A stretch of DNA of 64,000 nucleotides from a virus (Duplodnaviria > Caudoviricetes): IMG/VR virus record IMGVR_UViG_3300006155_000002; one strand, written 5' to 3'. The notes beneath the pieces are model-generated. The model was not told the DNA's origin, did no database searches, and saw only the letters and a list, made by a program, of their open reading frames with translations. Within the stretch, counting starts at the first letter, position 1, and each line of letters begins with the position of its first letter. Positions 19,911 through 31,200 of the stretch are shown piece by piece. The position numbers were made by a program, and so were the translations under genes.

Positions 19911-20236
19911 ATACAACCAATGGATATGATATTCCGGCAGATCTGGTCGGAAATTACCTTGGCGGTCTTGTAAACCAGTTCTTCAAAATTCTCCCTATTA
20001 AAGAAAGCGGAGAACCCTCTTTGAACGAGTTTATGAGGAGCTTACAAATTGAGTTGATTGGACATAGGGGACTTATGGAGTATCTCAATCACGATTCTAT
20101 GTATATGACGCTTCTCTCAATTCTCCAATATATGATTGACAACGATTGTGATACTCATGTGGTCAAGCGAGAAGTATTCAAGGCGATTTCTATTTGCAAG
20201 AAATTAAGAAAAAAGTATTGTAGCGAAGGAGTGTGA
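19907..20236 (+). CDS. Hypothetical neck-region protein
   Basis: ATGA overlap with the upstream gene. Confidence 0.65.
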   Translation: MNTTNGYDIPADLVGNYLGGLVNQFFKILPIKESGEPSLNEFMRSLQIELIGHRGLMEYLNHDSMYMTLLSILQYMIDNDCDTHVVKREVFKAISICKKLRKKYCSEGV

Positions 20237-20241
20237 TCTAT

Positions 20242-21054
20242 ATGAGTGTATGGAGCACTTATGAGGCGCGGTTCGCACGGGAGAATCAGGACATGGACCC
20301 CAAATGGAATTCTGCGCAAGATCGCATTCAAAACAGGCTCCGCCGCAAACTTGTTACTTCTTTGTCATATAAGCGGGTGAAATGCGAAGGGAAAGATATG
20401 GAGATGGCGATTGTTGATATCTCAAATGATTTCAGCACAAAAAAGATCTTTTCCATGCCCGGCGAAACTATCCCACATGGTTCGATTATAGAGTGGGAAG
20501 ATTCATTTTGGTTGATTACAGAGTTGAATGTGCATAAGGAGTTATGCTCAGAAGGTAAAATGCGACGCTGCAATTATTACCTAAAGTGGATCAATGATAA
20601 GGGCAATGTCATTGGGCGATGGTGCGTTGTTGAGGACGGAACAAAGTATTTGATTGGTGAGCGTGAAGAGGATACGATGTCCATTGGTGATGCAAGAATG
20701 GCTGTCACTATTGGTAAAGACCCAGAGACGAGTCAAATTAGTCGTGGAAAAAGATTTTTGATTGACGATATGGACTCCAAAGATGTCCTTGCGTTTGAAG
20801 TAACAAAGCCAAACAAAATGTTCAATGTCTTCAATGGGAAGGGCGTGTTCCGCTTTATTATGGGCGAAACAAACCTAACAGACAATGACAACACGAAGCT
20901 TCGTATTGCTGACTATTATGGTTGGAAACCAAAATCTGAGCGGCCAGTGCCAGACACAAAAACTGAGGCTACATTCGAGGAGATTGTGAACGAAGTTATT
21001 GAGAAGGATAAAGCCGAGCCAGAGGAAATTGAGAAAAGTGGGGTGTGGCTTTAA
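20242..21054 (+). CDS. Putative head closure/neck protein
   Basis: Beta-rich, neck-module position. Confidence 0.45.
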   Translation: MSVWSTYEARFARENQDMDPKWNSAQDRIQNRLRRKLVTSLSYKRVKCEGKDMEMAIVDISNDFSTKKIFSMPGETIPHGSIIEWEDSFWLITELNVHKELCSEGKMRRCNYYLKWINDKGNVIGRWCVVEDGTKYLIGEREEDTMSIGDARMAVTIGKDPETSQISRGKRFLIDDMDSKDVLAFEVTKPNKMFNVFNGKGVFRFIMGETNLTDNDNTKLRIADYYGWKPKSERPVPDTKTEATFEEIVNEVIEKDKAEPEEIEKSGVWL

Positions 21055-21551
21055 TGCTTCTTAATGAGTTTTTTGACTACAAGAATAAGCTGATGGAAAC
21101 GTTGTGTTGCAATGAAAACATCGTGCGCCTTGTAACAGACAGCGAGAGTGCTCCCGTTCCAAACTACAAGCTCAAGTATACTCAGATATACCCGTTTGAG
21201 TATATTCCAGATACAGTTGATGACGGGAGAACATTCATTTGTTTTGATGTGGACATTGCCCGCGTGTACGACAAGACATATTATGAGCCAGTGCTGTATT
21301 TATGGGTGTTTACCCATAAAAGCAAAGTGCGTTTGAAACAAGGTGGCATTCGTACAGACCAACTGGCCGCTGAAATTGATAAGGAATTGAACGGTAACAG
21401 GTATTTTGGACTTGGCGAACTGGATCTGTATTCAGTGGGTAGGTTTTCCCCTGTTTCAGATTACCAAGGCCGTGTATTGACATATACAGCTAAGGACTTT
21501 AATCGCCTCGGAATATCTAAGAAACCGCCAGTAAATCGGAAGCATTCATGA
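21054..21551 (+). CDS. Putative tail terminator/completion protein
   Basis: Position before the tail tube; TAATG coupling. Confidence 0.45.
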   Translation: MLLNEFFDYKNKLMETLCCNENIVRLVTDSESAPVPNYKLKYTQIYPFEYIPDTVDDGRTFICFDVDIARVYDKTYYEPVLYLWVFTHKSKVRLKQGGIRTDQLAAEIDKELNGNRYFGLGELDLYSVGRFSPVSDYQGRVLTYTAKDFNRLGISKKPPVNRKHS

Positions 21552-22261
21552 GTAGCGGATATCTGTATGCGCGTTCTTTCCCAATCAATGAACATATTGC
21601 AATCACAATACCGACAGTAGGTCAGATATGGGACAAAGAGGATGAGTATTACAGCCTAATTACAGGTATTATTGCAACGCCGTCAGATTTTATGGTTCAG
21701 CTCGACGATATAGGGATTGATTTTTCGAAGATCTCCTCGTTCGAGCTTTTTTTGCTGCTTTTCAACGGGATAAAGTCAAATGATACCAGCCTTGTTTTTG
21801 GCGACCTTGACCTATCAAAGTTCAAAACAGCAATTAACGAAAAGAATGGTAAAGTTGTTCTTGTAGATCAGGAGAACGACATTGTGATTGACCAAGCCAT
21901 TCATGACCAGATTCGGCGTGTGATTCGCAAAATTAACCACCTTGAAAAGAGCGATAAGAATCCTGGTAATGAAGAGGCCAGGAAATATATGATTGAACGC
22001 GCTCGCATCAAGCAAAAGCGGGCTGCGCGCAGACCTCGCAAATCGCAGTTAGAAGACCTGATTGTCGCCATGGTCAATACAGAGCAGTTTAAGTATGGCT
22101 ATGAGGAGACCAGGAATTTGACCATCTATCAATTCCATGCAAGTGTCTATCAGATCATCAGGAAGATTAACTACGACAATACAATGATTGGCTGCTATGC
22201 AGGAACAATCAACGTAAAAGAATTGAGCCAGGATCAACTGAACTGGCTGACATCAAAATAG
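21548..22261 (+). CDS. Hypothetical tail-module protein (possible assembly chaperone)
   Basis: Coupled ORF; C-terminal LTIYQF motif. Confidence 0.5.
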   Translation: MSSGYLYARSFPINEHIAITIPTVGQIWDKEDEYYSLITGIIATPSDFMVQLDDIGIDFSKISSFELFLLLFNGIKSNDTSLVFGDLDLSKFKTAINEKNGKVVLVDQENDIVIDQAIHDQIRRVIRKINHLEKSDKNPGNEEARKYMIERARIKQKRAARRPRKSQLEDLIVAMVNTEQFKYGYEETRNLTIYQFHASVYQIIRKINYDNTMIGCYAGTINVKELSQDQLNWLTSK

Positions 22262-22274
22262 GAGGATGATAGCA

Positions 22275-23123
22275 ATGATCAATGTCAACGATATTACTGT
22301 AACCAGTATCGAGACGATCACCGCGTTTGACATCGGTTCAGGTGCGTTCAAATGGGTCCTGGACGAGCTGCAGAACGCGACAATCGCAAACACCCAGGAG
22401 ACGACCGACATTACCGGTAAGCAGGGTCGTCTGCTGAATACCCTGAAGAAGAATAAGGCCGTGACTGTAAGCGGCAGCAATGGTCTGATTTCCGGCGGTC
22501 TGCTTGAGACGCAAACTGGCAGTGCCTTTGAGAACAAGATGACCTCCGTTATGTACCCGGACTATCTGACTGTGGCAAACAACACGGCTACCACAACCTA
22601 TAAGGCTGTTGGTACTGCCGGAAATGAGATTGATACCATCTACATTCGCAACAACGACGGTACTCTTGGTCAGGCTCTGACACAGGATTCCGCTGTGGGT
22701 CCCGGCAAGTTCACCTACGATCCCACCACAAAGGAGATCAATTTCTATGCCGGTGATGACACTGCCGACCCCGTTGTTCCTGCCGATGTCGAGGATGGTA
22801 CTGAAATCGCTGTGTACTACTTCCGCAAGATCCAGGCCAATGTGCTGGAGAATCTGTCTGATCATTATTCCGAGAAGGTGTCTCTGTATGTTGATGCTTT
22901 TGCGGAGGACAAGTGTGCCAACGTGTACCGCGTACAGTTCTACATTCCGAAGGCAGACTTCAACGGAAACTTTGATCTGGAATTCGGCGAAAACCAGAGC
23001 GCCCATGCGTTCGAGGCGCGTTCTCTGGCTGGTAGCGCTTGTAACGACAAGAGTTCAGGCACCAGTTCTGCGACTCTGTGGACTTACACTATCTTCGGCG
23101 AAGATACTCCTGATGCTGAGTAA
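22275..23123 (+). CDS. Major tail tube protein
   Basis: T/S/G-rich beta protein, strong codon bias, upstream of the tape measure gene. Confidence 0.7.
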   Translation: MINVNDITVTSIETITAFDIGSGAFKWVLDELQNATIANTQETTDITGKQGRLLNTLKKNKAVTVSGSNGLISGGLLETQTGSAFENKMTSVMYPDYLTVANNTATTTYKAVGTAGNEIDTIYIRNNDGTLGQALTQDSAVGPGKFTYDPTTKEINFYAGDDTADPVVPADVEDGTEIAVYYFRKIQANVLENLSDHYSEKVSLYVDAFAEDKCANVYRVQFYIPKADFNGNFDLEFGENQSAHAFEARSLAGSACNDKSSGTSSATLWTYTIFGEDTPDAE

Positions 23124-23140
23124 TCTGCGAGGTGGTAATT

Positions 23141-23431
23141 ATGCCAAGGCAGGCGAAAGTATGCCGGGTGTGTGGTAAGGAGTATGAGTCTTGCCGTACA
23201 GTCAAGACCGGCAGTGGTGTTTTCAACTGGAGGGAGATGTGTTGTTCGCCAGAGTGCGGGCAAATCTACTTCCAACGCATTCAGGATGCTCGAAATCCGG
23301 CACCAAAGGTAAAGGAGAAGAAAGTACACGCCAGACGTGAGACCATTGTTAAAGAGGCTCCTACGCCCCTTTATGAGGTTCCTGATAATGAGCAGGCAGA
23401 ACAACCTGCTGAGACGGCCGCGGAGAATTGA
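23141..23431 (+). CDS. Small Zn-binding protein
   Basis: CRVCGKEYESC...CCSPEC. Confidence 0.7.
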   Translation: MPRQAKVCRVCGKEYESCRTVKTGSGVFNWREMCCSPECGQIYFQRIQDARNPAPKVKEKKVHARRETIVKEAPTPLYEVPDNEQAEQPAETAAEN

Positions 23432-23439
23432 ATCCAATA

Positions 23440-23479
23440 AGGGGAGGAGGAGAGAGATAATCTCCCCTCCCCTGTTTTT
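23440..23479 (+). terminator. Intrinsic terminator
   Basis: AGGGGAGG...CCTCCCCT followed by GTTTTT. Confidence 0.6.
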
Positions 23480-23494
23480 GAGTGGTGATACATT

Positions 23495-24052
23495 TTGAAC
23501 ATTCTCGCAATAGACCAGGCACGAAACGGGGCTTGGGCTGTTTTTGACTATGAGAAAGGGGAATTGATTGGGTACGGCACATTCGAGTTCTCTCTTGAAA
23601 AATATACATACGCTAAAGCAATTATGCACATCAAAGAGCTGATTGCTGCGGTGTTAAAAACATATGACATCGGAGCTGTATTCGTTGAGGACATACAGAT
23701 GCGCGTCTCGGTGTCCTCGTTTAAGAAGCTCGCGCAGCTTCAGGGCGTCCTCGTGAACCTCTTTGAGGAGAACGAATACTTGTATGGCTATATCGCCCCG
23801 TCACAATGGCAGAACTTCTGTAAGGCGCGTGGGCGCAACACCAAAGAAAAGAGTGCTCGTATACTTGCGCTTGAAAAATCCGGTGTAAAACAATCAAAGA
23901 TTCTTTCTATACAGTTCATAAAAGACCAATTTGGTATTGAAACGGAGAATGATAATCTGGCTGACGCAATTTGTCAGGGATTCTATATTGTGAACGCCGT
24001 TGAAATACTGAAAAAAGACAAGGTTGTCCGCAAGCGCGGTGACAAGAAATAA
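23495..24052 (+). CDS. RuvC-like Holliday junction resolvase
   Basis: ILAIDQ, VFVED, PSQWQ and DNLADAI motifs. Confidence 0.8.
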   Translation: MNILAIDQARNGAWAVFDYEKGELIGYGTFEFSLEKYTYAKAIMHIKELIAAVLKTYDIGAVFVEDIQMRVSVSSFKKLAQLQGVLVNLFEENEYLYGYIAPSQWQNFCKARGRNTKEKSARILALEKSGVKQSKILSIQFIKDQFGIETENDNLADAICQGFYIVNAVEILKKDKVVRKRGDKK

Positions 24053-24064
24053 AGGAGAAATATC

Positions 24065-24727
24065 ATGAGTAAAAAAGCGGCTCGCATTTCTATCAATAAG
24101 TTAGAAGCCACCATGCAAAACAATACTATTGTTGTACCTATGGATGGAAATCCAGATGTTAAAATTATCATCCGCCGTATCCTGCCTTTGCAGGAAGTCC
24201 TTCAATTTGTGGAGGACGTTGTATCGTCCTGTATTGATATGGAAACGGGGCGGTACATTCCTGAAATTCAGGCTTTTACAACTCGTGCATCTGTGCTGAC
24301 GCGGTATGCAAATTTCACACTTCCAAAGGACCCAGAAAAGCAATATGACCTTATCTACAATACGAGTGCGTTCCAACAGGTAATGGGGACTATTGACGGA
24401 GTACAGTACAACGAGATCTTGTATTCAATCAATGAGAGAATCAAGCACGAGACCGCCATGATGGAAGGTGCATTGGCGAATCAGATGGCAGAACTGACGG
24501 CAAAGATCGATGCTTTCGTTAATAACAGTGAAGAACTGTTCGGTTCAATTAAAGGAGAAGATATGTCTGCTTTGGTGAAGAATCTGACTAAAGCTACTGA
24601 CGTTGACGAAGAAAAATTGGTAAAAGCAGTGTTTAATGCGAAGAAACAAGAAGCTTCAGTTACAGCAGAAAGCCCTGTTGTGTCGTTCGAGGAAAATGTG
24701 GTTACTTTACGCAAGAAAAAGGACTGA
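24065..24727 (+). CDS. Hypothetical protein (possible tail chaperone)
   Basis: AAGGAG RBS; precedes the tape measure gene. Confidence 0.65.
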   Translation: MSKKAARISINKLEATMQNNTIVVPMDGNPDVKIIIRRILPLQEVLQFVEDVVSSCIDMETGRYIPEIQAFTTRASVLTRYANFTLPKDPEKQYDLIYNTSAFQQVMGTIDGVQYNEILYSINERIKHETAMMEGALANQMAELTAKIDAFVNNSEELFGSIKGEDMSALVKNLTKATDVDEEKLVKAVFNAKKQEASVTAESPVVSFEENVVTLRKKKD

Positions 24728-24732
24728 TTGTA

Positions 24733-25188
24733 ATGCCTGTTTACGATAGTTGGGAAGGACTTTGTGATGCGGTGCAGAAAAAGTGCAATGACATCCTGAA
24801 ACGTGATGTAGCGCCAGTTGCGAAAGAAATCGTTAAAAAACACATCCAAAGCGATATCTATGACGTGTATACGCCAAAAACAAATGCATGGGTCGGTGGT
24901 ACAACATACAAACGTCGTTTCGTCCTTCTTGGTTCTGTATATTCAACATTCACACATGAGGACGAAATTATGGTAACCAGCAACGCAACAGCCTCCAAGT
25001 CTGTTGTGCCTGGATACAGCTTCCATAATAGGCGTCCTGGTTCTTTCTTGAAGTTGTTAGAGACCGGAAACATGGGTATCTGGAGAGGTGGATTTCCAAG
25101 GCCAGCAATTGGAAATGCACAAAAAGAAATTGACAGAAGTTCTGCGATACGCAACGCAATACAATCCGGATTGGACAGATATTTTTAA
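24733..25188 (+). CDS. Hypothetical tail/neck protein
   Basis: VYTP...YKRR and FPRPAI motifs seen in phage neck proteins. Confidence 0.55.
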   Translation: MPVYDSWEGLCDAVQKKCNDILKRDVAPVAKEIVKKHIQSDIYDVYTPKTNAWVGGTTYKRRFVLLGSVYSTFTHEDEIMVTSNATASKSVVPGYSFHNRRPGSFLKLLETGNMGIWRGGFPRPAIGNAQKEIDRSSAIRNAIQSGLDRYF

Positions 25189-25193
25189 TCATT

Positions 25194-25222
25194 GACGGAC
25201 AGGAGAAATCCTGTCCGTTTTT
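25194..25222 (+). terminator. Intrinsic terminator before the tape measure gene
   Basis: GACGGACAGGA-GAAA-TCCTGTCCGTT followed by a T-run. Confidence 0.7.
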
Positions 25223-25240
25223 CAAAGGACGGTGAGAAAA

Positions 25241-28200
25241 ATGGCAGGTTTTGGCGCAAAGGTTAAACTTAGTGTTGATCGGTCAAGTAAGGCTGAATTC
25301 AACAAGCAGATTAACGATTTGGTCGGTCAGATTAAGATTAGCAATAAGTTCACGGTTCTGCAGAAAGACATGGACCGCGTGAGAAAAGAAGCGCAAGCCA
25401 TGCTGAATAGCAATCCGATGACCTTAAAGGTAAATAAGATTGACTGTTCTGCCGCCGTGACCAATGTAAAGAGACAGCTTCAGACGATGCTCAGTTCGCT
25501 GAGTGTTCAGAATGGAGTCAATATAACTGGACTCAAGGATTTCCTTGGTACAGAAGGTGTTGACGCTACAATGCGTGGTACTGCCGACGCTGCAAATACA
25601 GCCGTTCAGAAAATGAACGAAGCAAAGGCTGCAGCGGCGGGCTGGGCTGGGCAGATGGAGGTTCTGGATTCCATTGTAAAGGGTGTAGCAAACACCTACA
25701 AAAGTGGTATTTCTGGAAGTAACATGATTGCCGACGAGGCAGAAATCCAAAGAATTACAGCGGCATACAACGAATGGGCACAAAAGGTCAAAGAAGTCAA
25801 GGCCAGTCGTTCTGGTGATATTGAGGCTCTCCAACAGGAGGGGCTTGCCATCCAAAGGAATATAACTGCAATCCAGAACAAACAAACTGAGGCGAAAAAG
25901 GCTGCAGAGGCCGCTGAACGTGCGGCAAGAGCTGCAGAAGCTGCGGCACAAAGGGAAGAATCTGCAAACCAAGTAGAGATTTCTTCACTCAAGCAAATTG
26001 CTGGGCTTCAGGAGCGCATGACGAAATTCTTGAAGTCTAACAGCAAGTTGAGCTATTCAGACGCAGGAGACAGTATACGTGCAATGCTTACGGAGCTGAA
26101 TTCTGGCGCTACAATTACTACTGAGAGACTTAGAGAAATGGAAGGCGAGTTTGCGAATATCCGCACACAAGCCACAACGACTGGATCGCTCGGTCGTTCA
26201 ATGCTGGATTCTTTGTCTAAAGCATATGAACGATTTGGCGGGTGGATGCTGATCACCAGAAGTATGACAGCGGCTATCCACACGATTAAAGATATGGTTA
26301 CCAATGTGCGGGCAATTGATAGCGCATTGGCTCAATTGCAGATCGTAACTGGCGCAACAGACGCACAGCTTTCGACTTTTTTAGAAAACGCTACAGTTTT
26401 GGCAAAGAACTTAGGCAAGAGTATCACTGACGTACTTGGTTCTATTGAGACGTTTAGCCGACTGGGCTACAATTTGGAAGAAGCGACAACACTTGCTGAA
26501 TATGCAAATATCCTCGCAAATGTAGCTGCCGTGGATTCCAGCGAGGCCACTACTGGTATGACCTCGATTATCAAAGGATTCAATATGGATGTTTCCCAAG
26601 CAGAACACGTTGCAGATGTTCTGGTTGAAATTGGGCAGAAGTATGCCGTTTCCGCCAGTGAAATGATGGAGGCGTATGAGAAGTCTGGCGCCGCTCTGAA
26701 CGCAACAAATACCAGTTTTGAGAAATCTGCTGGTTTGATTGCCGCCGCTAATGCTGCTGTGCAGAATGCTTCGACGGTTGGTACTGCTCTGAAAACAATT
26801 AGTGCTCGTATTCGTGGATCTAAGACTGAGCTTGAGGAATTGGGTGAAGACACATCTGATCTTGCCCAGGGATTTTCAAAGTACGCCAGTGAAATCAAAG
26901 CATTAACGGGCTTTGATATTATGGTGGAAGGAACTACAGATTCCTTCAAGGATATTTATGATATTTTTGAGGGAATTGCTAAGGTTTGGGACGACCTGAC
27001 TGATACGCAACAAGCTCGTATTGCGGAGATTCTTGGCGGAACACGTCAGCTTCAGGTTATCAGCAGTATCCTCTCGAACTGGTCCGATGCTGCTGGAGCC
27101 TATTCAGATGCCATGCACTCTGCTGGCGTTGCGACAGAAGCTAACACCATATACATGGACACGATTGATGCCAAGCTCAATCAGTTCAAGGCGACGTTTG
27201 AAGAACTTTCTAATATATTCATTAGTTCTGACTTTATTAAAGGGCTTGTTGATTTTGGAACAGGTGCCCTTGATGTGTTGACCAAGATTATAGAAAAACT
27301 TGGTACATTGCCAACAATGATTACAGCGATTGTTGGATCATATACAGCGATTAAAAATGCCAGGGGTACAGCTTCTGGGATTTTTGATTTTGATGATGGC
27401 AAAATGCAGCTTGCAAACCGTGGGCTTGTTGCACTCATTAAAAACTTTAATACGGCACGTAAAGCTGGTGCAAGTTTGTCGGATTCATTGCGTATAGGAT
27501 TTAATGGTAGTCTTAATAACGCCAATCTTCGTATAGATTCGTATAATGCTATGCTTGGAGCGTCTGCTGATGCGCAGGCTACATTTATGAGCAATCTTGA
27601 AGGAACAGACAATTCCTTGGCCGCATATTTGAAGAGCCTGAATGGTGGAACTGCCAGTCTTAAAGGCTATATGACATATTGCAAAACGGCTGGCGTGCAA
27701 ACAGAAACGCTTGGTCTTCAATCAAAACTTGCTGCAGTAGGAGTAACAGCACTCAATACCGCATTGAATATGATTGTCAGTATTGGTATTAGTCTTATTA
27801 TCAACGCAATCATTTCTGGATTATCAAGCCTTATCAATAAGGCGGCAGAGGCAAGAGAGGCAAGTATTAAAGCCGGTCGTGCGGCTGTTGAAGAAAGCGA
27901 TAACTTGCTTGACCTCACCCGGTCTTATATTGAGCTATGTAATGCTGTTGATGCTGGCACAGGATCACAAGAAGATCTTATTTCCATCCAAGATGAGTTG
28001 ATTCAGTATCTTAAGACACAAGGAATTGTTGTGCAGGATTTGGCCAGTGATTATGATGATCTAAAGGCTTCTATTATTGGTGCGGCTCAAGAAGCAATGA
28101 AGACCAATATTTCTACTGCGCTTGCTGGAGCAAAAGATTCAAAACAGCAAGCTGTAGAAGATATGACCCGATGGCTTGGCGGATCGTCTGGATTTAGCGC

Positions 28201-31200
28201 ATCTGGAGATGGTGTAAAGGAAGCTTTAGAATATCTCAAAGAACAAGGATTTTCTGGTATTTCAGTTGGTACAAATGGTGGTACTTTTACACCGCCGAAC
28301 AGTCTTATCAAAGATGTCTTCTCTGAGTATTCATTTGATGAAGTAGTAGAGAATTATCGCTGGATCGAATCTGCAATGAATGCGATCCGTGAGGAGTTCG
28401 GTTCAGAAAATAAGGTGTTTGAAGAACTCTCCGATGCGTATAATGATTATAACGAACATCTCGAAGACGCAATATCCGATATTGATAACGCAAATAAGCT
28501 GATTGCTCAGAATTGGCTTCTGGCCGCTGAAGCTGCAGGGTCTCCAACATCTGTGGATGAGTTCAAGAAATTTCGGGATACAATCATCGACAATTTGGAG
28601 GATGATAAAGATTTCGATGTCGATGGCTCCTATTCAGCAGAAGAAATTGTCAACAGTATGTTGGCAGAGGATACACAGTACAAGGCACTTCTGTCGGCGC
28701 TAACGAAGCAAGAAGCAACTGCAAAGGAGATCCTAAAACGTAGACACGCTATTGCAAGCGCCCTTGCCGAAAGTGTTGTAGGCACTTCGATTGAAACAAC
28801 TACACTAACCGGCGATGATCCATTTACCTACATACCAAATAATGTGATTGATGGATACAAAGCCATTCAGCGGATGCTCAATGATCTATCAGATGAAGAT
28901 CTTGAAATAGCATACAAATTGACTGTTGAGCAGGGTATCACTTCTTGGGATGATCTCAAAGTGGCTCTAAACGAATACAACAGTGAACAAGCCGTTGCAA
29001 AACGACGCGCAGAGGAGCTTGGGAACAGTATAAGGATGCTATGGAACTCTGAATCCTTTACTGATGCGAAGAGTGAACTTTTGTCTCTCCTTAATTCTCT
29101 TGGCGAAATTACTCCTGATAAGATAGAGGAGCTGGCTGGCAGTAGTTCGGAGCTGGCTTATATCCTTGAGCAGGATGGAATGAATGCACAGTTTTTATCT
29201 GTGATTCTTCAGAGTATGGCAAGCGGCGGAGATGGAATTAGTCTTATTACGGCAGAGGCTTTGGCACTTAATAAGGCTCTTGATGGTATGGTTGATGAGT
29301 TCGATAAGGTCGCAGGCGCTAAAGCAAAATATGATGCTGCTATGTCCGTTGAAGAAAAGGATACTGATTTTCAATCTTATGCAGCGGCGTTTGAAGAACT
29401 GAATAAACAGTTTGAAGCGGGAACAACTAATTCAAATGCGTTCTGGGCTGCTGCTGAGTTCCTTTTTGGCGGAGAACAACTTGCTATATGGGGTTGGAGC
29501 GACGGCCTTGACGAAATTTATGAGGCCATGCAGCGTAATGAGTCTATCTTTTCGGATGCAGATAGTGCTGGCGCCGGATTTATTGAAAAGCTGTATGAGC
29601 TGTCTGAGGCTGGTAAGCTGGTTAATGAAGAAGGCGAAAAGCTGCTCGAAATTAGCAGGGATTCTCGTGGAGGATATATTTTTGATATTGACCAGGAGAA
29701 TATTGCGGCCATTGCGGAACAGATGGGGCTTACGGAGGAAGCTGTTCTTTCTTGCCTCAAAGCATTGTCTATGTGGGGCGATGTTGATTTCTTCAATATT
29801 GACGATGTGATAGATACGCTTTATGACCTTGGCATTGCCATGGACAGTTATAAAGAGAACGTCGATGATATGGGAGAGACGACTGAGACGCTTACAAGGG
29901 TTATCAATCTCGATAGACTAACTGAGCAGCTTCTCACTCTCGGCAAAACACAAAAAGAAATTCACGATATTATCACAGCGCTATCTGAGCTTGATAATGT
30001 TAGCTTTCTTAGTATTACACAAGATGTAGACAGCCTAATTGGTTCTTTGGACGAACTCGGTGTTGTTACAAAGGACGGTATCAACATCTCTGTGAATTAC
30101 GAAGGATTGAGCGATATTCTTCAGGAGCTTGGCTTTACAAAGGACGAAGCAGAAGGACTGATTACCAAACTCGATGAGGTTGATAACATCACTCTCACAA
30201 ATGCAAACGGCGAAATCAAAGATATTACAAGTGCTCTTGAATACATTCAAGGACTTGAGTTTGTGGATGTTACAGCGAGCGTTGATGGTATTGGCGAGGC
30301 TGTTGAAGAAGTTGATGATCAGTCAACAGATAATGTTGTTTCTGAAATCGAAGATATCGGAAATGCAGCGGACAAAGCTGTAACAAAGGTATATTCTATA
30401 GGCGATGCTATTTCAGACATTAACGGTAGAACGGCCACTGTCTATTATGAAGTAAAGAAGAAAAATAGTATTCTTAGTTCAATTGGCAGTATGCTTGGAT
30501 TCGCAAACGGTACTGACGGTGCTCCGGCTGGCCCCGCTCTGGTTGGCGAGGAAGATCCGGAACTTATCAAGTCTGGCGATAGAGCGTATCTTGCCGGTGT
30601 AAGCGGTCCAGAGGTTGTTGACCTTAATAAAGGTGACCAGGTATATACAGCAGATGAGACAAAGAAGATCTTGCGTGGTTCTGGTAAGCATATCGTTGGT
30701 ACAATGCCAGCTTTTGCAGGCGGTACACATGGTAATGTTGTTATCAACAAAAATAAAACTGGAACACATGGCGAAATGTATTCGCCAAAAGCCGAAGTCG
30801 AGGTTACAGCAACTGTTGATAATAAGGAACTTGAAGATGCTCTTGAGGATGCTCTGAAGAAGCTCAAAGAAGAAATAAGTGACATCATTGGTAATTTTGA
30901 ACACTCTATTTTCTTGTTGGAGAAAAACGGTGGAAGCGCAGATCAGATCGTTGCGATTTATCGTCAGATGCAGGAAGCTGTACACGCTTATGCCGAGCGG
31001 TATCGTGCAATGGGGCTGGATGAGAACTCAGACTACATTCAGGAGCTTCAAAAGCAGTGGTGGAGTTATCAAGAGAGTATCCAAAAGGCCATTGTTGAGA
31101 ACTACGAAGATATGGCTAATGAGCGAGAAAATGCCATCAAGTTGACCGAAAACTGGATGGAAAATGCCATGGATAAGAATTACCTACCTGGTGTCGCCGG

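Noticed and set aside
19907..20236. Helical ~110-aa protein as a remote Avd
   Set aside because: Coupled within the neck module 26 kb away, with no Avd-like sequence features recognised; an HMM search would settle it.
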